Shown piece after piece: positions 41,227 to 49,913 of a DNA stretch of 64,000 nt. Under the pieces are notes generated by a model that saw nothing but the letters and a program-made list of their open reading frames with translations, was not told the origin of the DNA and searched no databases. A program made the position numbers and the translations under genes. Source of the stretch: an uncultured bacterium. GTDB lineage: Bacteria; Bacteroidota; Bacteroidia; Sphingobacteriales; Sphingobacteriaceae. The first letter of the stretch is position 1. The number at the start of each line of letters is the position of its first letter. The stretch lies in NCBI GenBank assembly GCA_903838995.1, contig CAIMAP010000056.1, positions 2,028 through 66,027 on the forward strand, given 5' to 3'.

Positions 41227-43341
41227 ATGTTTTTTAAGCAATATTTGAATCGTTATTTTGGGTTATTGGCTGCCTGCATTATTCCGCTAACAGGATTTTC
41301 GCAAGCTTCATTCGATGAAAAATTAACGACAGCAGGAAATATTAGAATGACCATTAATAACCTCGGAATGATTGGAAATGCATTCAAAGGTTCTTATAAT
41401 ATTTTAGCATATCCTTCGTGTGAGTTTCCGGCTAATTCTGGTATAGAACATTTATTCCAGGGTGGTTTATGGATTGGTGCAATGATCAATGGTTCTCAAG
41501 TTGCTGTAAGTTCGGGAGCTACAGATGATGCCGCAGGTTATACAACGGGCAAAAGCGGTTTTGAGTTTACCGCGGCACTGGGTGCTAAAATAAAAGAAAG
41601 ATCTAGCTTAATAGATAATCCATTATACGAAACCAATGCTGTTTCGCATCAAGATTTTCTTTCCGATTTTACAGATAAAAATATTGTTGTTCCTGGAACA
41701 AACATTGCGATTAGCAATCATAATTTTCCACTTGGCGCCGATGTGCATTTTGAAGCCTATAATTATAATTTTAATTTTGCCAATTATTTTGTCATTCTAA
41801 ATTATACCATTACCAATAACAGTGCGACAAATTGGGATAGTGTTTTTATTGGTTATTGGAAAGATGGAGTGGTTAGAAATGTAAATGTTACTCCACCTGG
41901 GGGAAGTGCTTTTTACAATAAAGGCGGAAATGGCTTTTTAGATTCTTTAGATATTGCTTACGAGTTTGACGCTAACGGCGACCCAGGATTTACCGAAACC
42001 TATGTTGGCTTAAAGTATCTTGGATCGATAGACCCTGCAGGCTTTGCACATCCATTATTGAGGCCAAACATGAAAATCAATTATAATTCATGGCAGTTTC
42101 AAAACTCTGCCGATCCATTATATTTTTCACCATCAGACGATAATCAGAAGTATGGTAAAATGACGGCGGGTTTAAATCATCGTGCCGATTGGCAAACCGT
42201 TATTCGTCCTTCCTTAAGTCAGCCGAATAATAGATCGCATTTAATGGCCGTTGGTCCATTCGTTCAAATTAAACCAGGGGAAACTATTAATATTTCTTTT
42301 GCATTAGTTTGCGCTAAAAAGAACGAAGATGGAAAGCCAAACACGGCAGATAATGATTTTCAAAAACAAATTTTAGTACAAAACTCAAAGTTTGCACAAA
42401 CGGCATATAATGGCGAAGACATTAATTTTAATGGCTTATTAGATGCGGGTGAAGATAGAGATGGTAATGGGGTAATTACTCGTTTTGTTTTACCTGCGCC
42501 TCCAGTAATTCCAAGAATGAAAGTGATTGCAACTGAAAATAAAATGGAAATTTATTGGACTAAAAATGCGGAGGCATCGGTCGATCCAATTTCTAAGAAA
42601 AAAGATTTCGAAGGTTATCGATTATATAAAACGGCTTTGGGTTTTGATGTAAAGCAAACGCAAGACATTGCCAAGGCTTTAAAATTAGTGGCAGAATTTG
42701 ATCGCGCAGATAATACTTTGTTTAGCAATACAGGATTGCAATCTATTACATTGCCCGACTCTGTTACTTTTGGCGAGTTAGGCCCATTAGATGAGCCAAT
42801 CTATTATCATTATAAATACACTTTTGATAATTTACAAAATGGATGGCAACATGCCATTGCCTTAACTGCATTTGACCAAGGAGATAAAGTAAATAATTTA
42901 GAATCATTAGAATCTAGTACGCTACCAAATATTAAAAGAGTATTTCCAGGAATGCCGGCAAATGATGGCTTTGAAAATGGAGAACCATTTGTATATCCTA
43001 ATCCTTATTATGGATTAGCCGCTTGGGAAGGTTTAAGTACCAATCCCGAAAGTAAAAAAATATATTTCGCAAACCTACCCGCAAATTGCGTCGTAAAAAT
43101 TTTTACTTCTTCTGGAGATTTAGTAGATCAGTTTACGCATAACGAAAGTTATAATGGTTCGGATATTAAATGGAATAATATATACGCAGATCCAAGCAAG
43201 AATCAGTTTTCAGGTGGAGAACATGCTTGGGATTTATTATCTGCCGATAATCAAATAATAGCTAGAGGAATTTATATGTTTTCTGTAAAAGACAATAAAA
43301 CCGGTAAAGTTGTTAACGGGAAATTCGCATTAATTAAATAA
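41227..43341 (+). CDS. Secreted 704-aa protein of unknown function with a T9SS-CTD/FlgD-Ig-like C-terminus
   Basis: Signal peptide 'LTGFSQA|S' and 'EHLFQGGLWIGAMINGSQV'. Has a Ca-binding-like loop 'DAGEDRDGNGVI' and no HExxH. C-terminus is 'FVYPNPYYG...VVKIFTSSGDLV...ARGIYMFSV...GKFALIK'. Starts 1 nt after the EEP stop codon. Confidence 0.6.
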   Translation: MFFKQYLNRYFGLLAACIIPLTGFSQASFDEKLTTAGNIRMTINNLGMIGNAFKGSYNILAYPSCEFPANSGIEHLFQGGLWIGAMINGSQVAVSSGATDDAAGYTTGKSGFEFTAALGAKIKERSSLIDNPLYETNAVSHQDFLSDFTDKNIVVPGTNIAISNHNFPLGADVHFEAYNYNFNFANYFVILNYTITNNSATNWDSVFIGYWKDGVVRNVNVTPPGGSAFYNKGGNGFLDSLDIAYEFDANGDPGFTETYVGLKYLGSIDPAGFAHPLLRPNMKINYNSWQFQNSADPLYFSPSDDNQKYGKMTAGLNHRADWQTVIRPSLSQPNNRSHLMAVGPFVQIKPGETINISFALVCAKKNEDGKPNTADNDFQKQILVQNSKFAQTAYNGEDINFNGLLDAGEDRDGNGVITRFVLPAPPVIPRMKVIATENKMEIYWTKNAEASVDPISKKKDFEGYRLYKTALGFDVKQTQDIAKALKLVAEFDRADNTLFSNTGLQSITLPDSVTFGELGPLDEPIYYHYKYTFDNLQNGWQHAIALTAFDQGDKVNNLESLESSTLPNIKRVFPGMPANDGFENGEPFVYPNPYYGLAAWEGLSTNPESKKIYFANLPANCVVKIFTSSGDLVDQFTHNESYNGSDIKWNNIYADPSKNQFSGGEHAWDLLSADNQIIARGIYMFSVKDNKTGKVVNGKFALIK

Positions 43342-43375
43342 GAAGTATAAAATTTAAAAAAAAAATAAAAAAACC

Positions 43376-45508
43376 ATGAACAAAAAATTACTCACAATGG
43401 CCATATTGTTGTCTGCTGCATTTACAGCACAAGCACAATATCCTTTAAAAACAATTCAAGCAGTACAAACTGTTTCTCAGCAAGATTTAGCAGCAGGTAT
43501 TGAGGCTTCTTCTATTCCATCTACCGATACCATTAGAATCCGTGGTGTCGTAATAATGGATGCTGGACTTTCTACTTTAGTAGGCGGAAAACAAATTTGG
43601 ATTCAAGCAAATAATGGTTCATCATTTTCTGGTATTGATGTATATCAAAACTTTCCTGGCAGTACGGTAACCGGTGATGCAGGAACTGGCATTCTTTCTT
43701 TAGTTGCGGGTGACTCAGTAGAAATAACTGGTAATGTGTTAGAATATCAAGGGGAAACAGAATTTGTGCCAGTGAATACTACACCTGCTACACCTATTCA
43801 AATTTTAGGCGGCGGAATTACAGTTAAATCAAAATTAATTACTGCAGCAGAATTAAATGACGCCAACAGAAATAATATTTTAACAACTGGCGAACAATAC
43901 GAAGGCATGTATGTAGAGATTCGCAACTTAACTGTTTCTACCGTTGATTATTTTTCGAATGGTACGCGTGTAAGTTTCAATATTGTAGATGCTGCTGGAA
44001 ATAAAATAAATGTTTCTGACAGATTTAAAGCTTTTAAATTACCTGCAGCGGGTGGAACTTTTGTGCCACCAAATGTTGGTGATGTTTTAACAAGCATTAA
44101 AGGAGTTGTTGTTCATTCATTAAACAATCGTGGTTATGAATTGCATGTTTTTGATGCATCTCAAATTGTGTATGGTGCAGCAGCGCCAACTATTTCACAA
44201 ATTACGCGTTCTATTAAAGTACCAACAAGTACAGATGCAATTACCGTAACAGCAAATATTACCGATAAAGACGGTGTTAACTCTGCAGATTTATATTATG
44301 CAGTTGGTGTAAATAGCACATCTTATACATCGGTTGCAATGACTGCAAACGGAAACAGCTATTCGGCTGTGATACCTGCACAAGCAGATGGTTCATTTAT
44401 TAAATATTATATTTCTGCAAAAGATAATTCAACTGGACAATTGGTAAGTCGTATTCCAAATGTGCCTACAGAAGATCCTAAATTTTATGTAGTGCGTAAT
44501 GCAGGAATGGGAATTTATGATGTACAATATACTCCCTTTAAATCTGGAAATTCTGGATTCGCAGGACAAGAAGTTACCGTAAGTGGTATTGTTACTTCAT
44601 CGGCAAACGATTTAGGTTATATATTTATTCAACAAGAAAACCAATTGAATTGGGCTGGTGTAATGTGTATTGGAAGCACTACACTTGCTACCTTAGCTAT
44701 TGGCGATAAAGTTACCGTTACCGGAACTGTTCGCGAAAATTTTGGTTTTACACGTATCGAAGCCATTACCTCTGTTGCTAAAAATGGAACGGGTACCATT
44801 ACGCCAATTGTATTGGTAGCAGATTCATTCCGTAAATATAGTTTCACAGGTACAGAACCATACGAAGGTATGTTGGTGAAATTTGTAGGGAACTCAGGAT
44901 CGACTTTAAAAGTAGTTAATTCAAATGCAGATGATCCTAGTAATTTTGCAGAATACCGTGTAGGTCCAGATACAACAGATGCTGGTGCTGGTTGCAGAAT
45001 AATTGCAGGTAGAGTAACTTCATCAGTTTATTCTTCGTTAAATGTTTCATATGTAAATGATACCATTTGGGCTACCATATCAGGTATTATGAAAGTGGCT
45101 CCAATTGCAGTTCAAAAAGGAGATGCAATGACATCTGTTACAGGTATCATGGATTATTCTTTTAGTAATTGTAAATTAATGCCTCGTAACAATGCAGATT
45201 TTGAAAATTATGTAAGGTTAAATGTTGGCGTAAATAGCAACGCAATTAATTTAGGAAAAGTGGTTGCTTATCCAAATCCAACTAGCAACCAAATTAATTT
45301 TGATTATATCTTACCTGCAAACGCAGCAAATTGCGCAATTGTAGTATACGACTTATTAGGTCAAGAAGTGGCAAGCACTAACATTAACACTTTAAGTGGT
45401 AGTGCAAGTATTGCAACTAGCAACTTAGCACAAGGAACTTATCTCTATTCAATTACTTCAAGTAATTTAGGACAATTGAATAACGGTAGATTTGTAGTGG
45501 TAAAATAA
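43376..45508 (+). CDS. Secreted 710-aa protein with two OB-fold-like modules (as in ExeM/NucH extracellular nucleases), an Ig-like domain and a T9SS CTD
   Basis: Signal peptide. Modules are 'IRIRGVVIMD...IWIQANNG..GIDVY...GDSVEITGNVLEYQGETEF' and 'VTVSGIVTSS...IFIQQEN...GDKVTVTGTVRENFGFTRIE'. 'YEGMYVEI' and 'YEGMLVKF' also occur. CTD is 'AYPNPTSNQINF...GTYLYSI...GRFVVVK'. Confidence 0.6.
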   Translation: MNKKLLTMAILLSAAFTAQAQYPLKTIQAVQTVSQQDLAAGIEASSIPSTDTIRIRGVVIMDAGLSTLVGGKQIWIQANNGSSFSGIDVYQNFPGSTVTGDAGTGILSLVAGDSVEITGNVLEYQGETEFVPVNTTPATPIQILGGGITVKSKLITAAELNDANRNNILTTGEQYEGMYVEIRNLTVSTVDYFSNGTRVSFNIVDAAGNKINVSDRFKAFKLPAAGGTFVPPNVGDVLTSIKGVVVHSLNNRGYELHVFDASQIVYGAAAPTISQITRSIKVPTSTDAITVTANITDKDGVNSADLYYAVGVNSTSYTSVAMTANGNSYSAVIPAQADGSFIKYYISAKDNSTGQLVSRIPNVPTEDPKFYVVRNAGMGIYDVQYTPFKSGNSGFAGQEVTVSGIVTSSANDLGYIFIQQENQLNWAGVMCIGSTTLATLAIGDKVTVTGTVRENFGFTRIEAITSVAKNGTGTITPIVLVADSFRKYSFTGTEPYEGMLVKFVGNSGSTLKVVNSNADDPSNFAEYRVGPDTTDAGAGCRIIAGRVTSSVYSSLNVSYVNDTIWATISGIMKVAPIAVQKGDAMTSVTGIMDYSFSNCKLMPRNNADFENYVRLNVGVNSNAINLGKVVAYPNPTSNQINFDYILPANAANCAIVVYDLLGQEVASTNINTLSGSASIATSNLAQGTYLYSITSSNLGQLNNGRFVVVK

Positions 45509-45515
45509 TTTAAAC

Positions 45516-45551
45516 AGCTGCTTGTGTTGAAAAATGCAAGCAGCTTTTTTA
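45516..45551 (+). terminator. Hairpin plus T tract inside the surface locus (terminator or attenuator)
   Basis: 9-bp stem AGCTGCTTG / CAAGCAGCT with a 12-nt loop, followed by TTTTTTATTT. Lies 8 nt after the 45508 stop codon. Confidence 0.6.
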
Positions 45552-45563
45552 TTTCAAATTCTA

Positions 45564-47051
45564 ATGAAACAAACACGCATTTTATTTTTTCTGTTAGTAA
45601 CAACCATTTTCTCTGCTTGTATAAAAGAAGACGAATTAAAGTTGAATACGAACCCAAACACGAATATATTTTTAGAAAAAATAGATCGTGTAGGCGAAAA
45701 TAGATTAAATACAAATGTAACCATGCATTGGTCGGCCGATGACCGAGACGGCTATATTATAGGATATGAAGTATCTTTAGATAACATCACTTGGTCTTTT
45801 ACCACCAAACAAGACAGCGTTTTTAGGTTTAGTATTTTAAATGGGGATACAACAGACATTAACTTGTATGTTCGTGCAATTGACAACGATGGCAATAAAG
45901 ATTTAACGCCTGCTTATTTAAAAATTCCAATAAAAAACACGATTCCTACCGTTGCATTTGATGACAATTTGATTAAATGCGATTCGGTATATTCAGTTTT
46001 TTCTTTGCTTTTTTCTGCAAACGATTTAGATGGTAACGAAACAATAGATTCAATTTATTTAAAAATAAACAATGGAAATTGGTTTGCACTTTCTAATCAA
46101 TCAACCTTTGTTACCTTAGTACCCAATAATCCAACAATTGCAGGTAACGACCAAGCAAAAGTTTATTTAGGTTACGATGCCATTAAATTAAACAAGCAGA
46201 TGAATGGCTTGTTAGTAGATGGTGCCAATCAAGTATACCTCAAAGCCCGCGATTTTTCTGGTGCAGAGAGTGTCATAGATACCTTAGCGCCATTCTTTTT
46301 AAGAAGAAAAACTTCCGACCTATTGGTCTTAGATGCCTATAATATTGCAACAACTCCTAATGCCGATGTGGTTTATAAAGAAGTATTGCAATCGGTTTAT
46401 GGCGCTGTAGACTATTATGATTTTTTTAGACAAAACAAAGCTTATTTTCCATCTATTTGGAAGCCAACATTTAGCTTGTTTTTGAATTTGTACGATAAGG
46501 TGTTTTGGTATTCTGATAATATTGCTAGTAATAACAATGCCATGCTATTAGAAAGTGGAGCATCCGCAATTCAAAATTATTTAAATGCAGATGGCAAATT
46601 ATTTGTTTGTTCTGATTTTGCAAACAACGCTTACCCATTGGCTTTTTCAAAAACATCACCCATTTTTCAGTTTTCTCCAGCAGATAGTTTTCAAACTTTT
46701 TTTGCGGCTAATCAAAAAGCAAGTATCCCTAAAGATTCGCTGTTACTGCCCAATACGGCTGCAGGCGCAGGTTACCCAACTTTGCTTGCCAGTTCATTTG
46801 CAGACGCAGTTGATCCCTTTTTTGAAAAATCAAATGCGACGGTTATTTATACTGCAAATACTAAAAGAAATTCGGGTGTGACGAATACTAAAGTGGTGAT
46901 GGCCAAAACGCAAAACGCAAATGGTAAAACCAACCAAGTATTTTGCTCAATAGATTTGTTTAAAATGCAAGGCGATGCCAATGCAAATGGACAACAGGAT
47001 GAATTAAAACAATTGTTTCAAAAGATATTTTTAGACGAATTTAATTGGTAA
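45564..47051 (+). CDS. Lipoprotein of unknown function (two Ig-like 'W..D.DG' modules plus a C-terminal alpha/beta-like region)
   Basis: Lipobox 'TIFSAC|IKE' if translation starts at the 45564 ATG. The track start at 45534 sits in the hairpin loop. 'MHWSADDRDGYIIGYEVSLDNITW', 'VRAIDNDGNKD' and 'FSANDLDGNETIDSIYLKINNGNW'. Confidence 0.65.
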   Translation: MKQTRILFFLLVTTIFSACIKEDELKLNTNPNTNIFLEKIDRVGENRLNTNVTMHWSADDRDGYIIGYEVSLDNITWSFTTKQDSVFRFSILNGDTTDINLYVRAIDNDGNKDLTPAYLKIPIKNTIPTVAFDDNLIKCDSVYSVFSLLFSANDLDGNETIDSIYLKINNGNWFALSNQSTFVTLVPNNPTIAGNDQAKVYLGYDAIKLNKQMNGLLVDGANQVYLKARDFSGAESVIDTLAPFFLRRKTSDLLVLDAYNIATTPNADVVYKEVLQSVYGAVDYYDFFRQNKAYFPSIWKPTFSLFLNLYDKVFWYSDNIASNNNAMLLESGASAIQNYLNADGKLFVCSDFANNAYPLAFSKTSPIFQFSPADSFQTFFAANQKASIPKDSLLLPNTAAGAGYPTLLASSFADAVDPFFEKSNATVIYTANTKRNSGVTNTKVVMAKTQNANGKTNQVFCSIDLFKMQGDANANGQQDELKQLFQKIFLDEFNW

Positions 47052-49873
47052 TGAAAAAAAGCATTCTTTATATATTGCTATTTATTTTTTCTTTTGTAAC
47101 ATTTGCTTCTGCGCAAATTCAGACGGGTGTATTAAAAGGTAAAGTAGTTGATAGAAAAACAAAAGAGCCTATTATAGGAGCAACGGTAACCATTGTGGGC
47201 ACTTACTTTGGGGTGAGTACCGATATCAACGGTAATTTTCAAATCAATGCCATTAAACCAGGAGAGTATACTGTGAAAGCAATTTATTTAGGCTATAAAG
47301 AATTGCAGTATAACGGGGTGAAAATAAATGCGACTGTTCCTACACAATTAAATTTATCCTTGACAGAAGTTACCGCAGAAATTGGTGCGGTAGAAGTATT
47401 AGGCCAAAGAACCATTGTCGATTTAGAATCTGGCAAATCGAGTTCGAAAGTTACTTCAGATGACATCAAAGACATGAGTGTGAAAGATGTGCAGTCTATT
47501 GTTGCCAATCAAGCTGGGGTGAGTCAAAATCCAGATGGCTTGCAGATAAGAGGTGGCCGAGTTTATGAAACACAATATTTAGTAGATGGAATTAATGCGC
47601 AAGATCCATTGGCAGGAACAGGCTTTGGCGTCGACATTGCATCCAATGCAGTAAATGATATCGAAGTAATAACCGGTGGTGTTGGAGCAGAATATGGCGA
47701 AGGCACATCGGGCGTGGTACTTACCAGAATTAGAGAAGGTGGAGACAAAGTAAAGTTTGGTGGAAGTTATTATCGAGATAATTTAGGTATTAATGAATCG
47801 AGTAATTGGAATACGGATATGCTCAGCCTTAATTTTGGATCTCCTGTACCATTTACCAAAAAGAAACTTACTTTTTTTAGTAGCGCCAACATGGAATTGA
47901 CGGATGAGTTTTTTAAAAATCCAGCTAATCAATTGCATAGTTCTATGCTTCGTAAAAATGATTCTATATGGGCACCACGCGAAGACAATAAATGGTCGAG
48001 TACTTTCAAGCTAACTTATAATATTGCACCAGGTAAAAAATTATCTATATCAAATCAATCAAGTTTAAATATCAATCAAAATACAAGATCGCTGCAAGTA
48101 GTAGGAAACAATGCTATTGTAACGCCTGGGTATCAATATTTATTTAGCTTGAATATGGATAATGCGGCAACTTATACGCATAAATCAAACTTGTTAATTA
48201 TTCAATATTTAAATTTATTCTCTAAAGAATTATCGATGGATGTTTCTTTTGCAAGACTCTTTACCAATTTAAGAGCCGATGCAAATGGTCGTCCATTCAG
48301 ACCCTCTACCATTGATCAAATTTTTGATCCTGCTTCGATTGTTTCGGATCCTGCCACTTTATTTAATCCTGGCGATTCGGTAATTTATGTAAATCCTGGA
48401 CCAGGATTATATAATAATGGTGGAGTGTCTACCCTATGGCACGATCACTATGCGCAAGAAAATACCTTCAAAGTAAAATTTAATTATACACCTAACAAAG
48501 CCAATTTTATTAGTTTTGGTTTAGAGCATAAAGAGCAAGAGTATCAGTGGGTAGACGTTACCAGACCTTGGATTGGTGCACCAATAATTATTGATGATAC
48601 TACTACCACGGCTTCGTCGAGTATTGGACAATCCAACGATATTTGGAAAGTAAATCCAGCAACAGGCGGTTTGTTTTTTCAAGATGAATTACGTTACAAG
48701 GGAATCATTGTCAATGCAGGTATACGATTAAATTATTGGATGCCAGGTAAATTTGCAGATCAAGCAGTGGCAGATCCTAACGCACCAGTAATTGCAGCCA
48801 TTAGAGAATCGTATATAAAAAATAGCACCGAAATATTTGGACGCAGAACAAAATTTAGGTTATTACCAAAACTTAGAATTTCTTTTCCTGTTTCTGAAAA
48901 TAATGTATTGTATTTTAATTACGGACACCTTAGCAGATTACCACATCCTCGCTTTGTCTATGCAGGTTTAGATCCTGTTTATCAAAACCGATCGTTCTTA
49001 GCCAACTTGGGTAATCCAGATTTAAATCCCGAAGTAACTGTTTCTTACGAAGTGGGAATAAAAACACAAGTAACCGCTAATTTTGCTATTACTGCTACTG
49101 CATTTTATAACGATAAATTTGATTATATCGTGAGTAGAAGAATTATTGTAAAAGACCAAACCGGTCGATTTGTCGAAAAGAATTTTAATATCAATCAAGA
49201 CTATGCAAGAATTCGTGGCTTCGAATTAACCTTGAATAGAAGAGTGCAAAAATATTTGAGTACAACCTTTAGTGCGGCCTATCAAATAGCAACTGGTAAA
49301 TCTAATTCTGCACAAGAATCGCAATTACAAATTTTACAAACAGGTTCGGTATCACCAACGGTAGAGCAGTACTTAGCTTGGGACAGACCCCTTGATTTAA
49401 AATTAATGATTGTATTTAAACCAGACACTTCCTTTCATATTGGACGAATTAATTTTAATAAAGTAAGGGTGTTTTTAAATTCAACTTATAAATCTGGTTT
49501 AAGATATACACCTTATTATCAAAATGGAGTAGAGCCCAATGGCAGACCTATATACGAGCCAGACGAATTGAATCCATTTAGTAAAATAGGTGCTGCTTGG
49601 TGGAATACAGATTTAAAAATCACCAAAGATATTTCCATTAAAAGAGGCCAACAAATTAGTTTGAGTATCGAGTTTAAAAATATTTTTGATAATAAAAATG
49701 CAGCCATTATTAATCCTATAACAGGAAAAGCCTACGAATACGGTGATCCGCTGCCTAATACTTATCGCGATCCAATGTATCCAGATCCACAAGACAACGG
49801 GGTGCCACCATTTAACCCTGCAAGGTATTTAACCCCAAGGCAAGTGTTGGCAGGAATTAGTTGGCAGTTTTAA
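47051..49873 (+). CDS. TonB-dependent outer-membrane transporter with an N-terminal carboxypeptidase-regulatory-like domain (no SusD partner)
   Basis: Signal peptide. 'GKVVDRKTKEPIIGATVTIVGTYFGVSTDINGNFQI..KPGEYTV' is the N-domain. Plug is 'DGLQIRGGRVYETQYLVDGI'. Terminal 'LAGISWQF'. The ATG overlaps the upstream stop codon (TAATG). The track start at 47045 is a TTG codon. Confidence 0.88.
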   Translation: MKKSILYILLFIFSFVTFASAQIQTGVLKGKVVDRKTKEPIIGATVTIVGTYFGVSTDINGNFQINAIKPGEYTVKAIYLGYKELQYNGVKINATVPTQLNLSLTEVTAEIGAVEVLGQRTIVDLESGKSSSKVTSDDIKDMSVKDVQSIVANQAGVSQNPDGLQIRGGRVYETQYLVDGINAQDPLAGTGFGVDIASNAVNDIEVITGGVGAEYGEGTSGVVLTRIREGGDKVKFGGSYYRDNLGINESSNWNTDMLSLNFGSPVPFTKKKLTFFSSANMELTDEFFKNPANQLHSSMLRKNDSIWAPREDNKWSSTFKLTYNIAPGKKLSISNQSSLNINQNTRSLQVVGNNAIVTPGYQYLFSLNMDNAATYTHKSNLLIIQYLNLFSKELSMDVSFARLFTNLRADANGRPFRPSTIDQIFDPASIVSDPATLFNPGDSVIYVNPGPGLYNNGGVSTLWHDHYAQENTFKVKFNYTPNKANFISFGLEHKEQEYQWVDVTRPWIGAPIIIDDTTTTASSSIGQSNDIWKVNPATGGLFFQDELRYKGIIVNAGIRLNYWMPGKFADQAVADPNAPVIAAIRESYIKNSTEIFGRRTKFRLLPKLRISFPVSENNVLYFNYGHLSRLPHPRFVYAGLDPVYQNRSFLANLGNPDLNPEVTVSYEVGIKTQVTANFAITATAFYNDKFDYIVSRRIIVKDQTGRFVEKNFNINQDYARIRGFELTLNRRVQKYLSTTFSAAYQIATGKSNSAQESQLQILQTGSVSPTVEQYLAWDRPLDLKLMIVFKPDTSFHIGRINFNKVRVFLNSTYKSGLRYTPYYQNGVEPNGRPIYEPDELNPFSKIGAAWWNTDLKITKDISIKRGQQISLSIEFKNIFDNKNAAIINPITGKAYEYGDPLPNTYRDPMYPDPQDNGVPPFNPARYLTPRQVLAGISWQF

Positions 49874-49913
49874 TTAAACGCAAATGAATTATTTTATTTA
49901 TAAAAATATTGAA

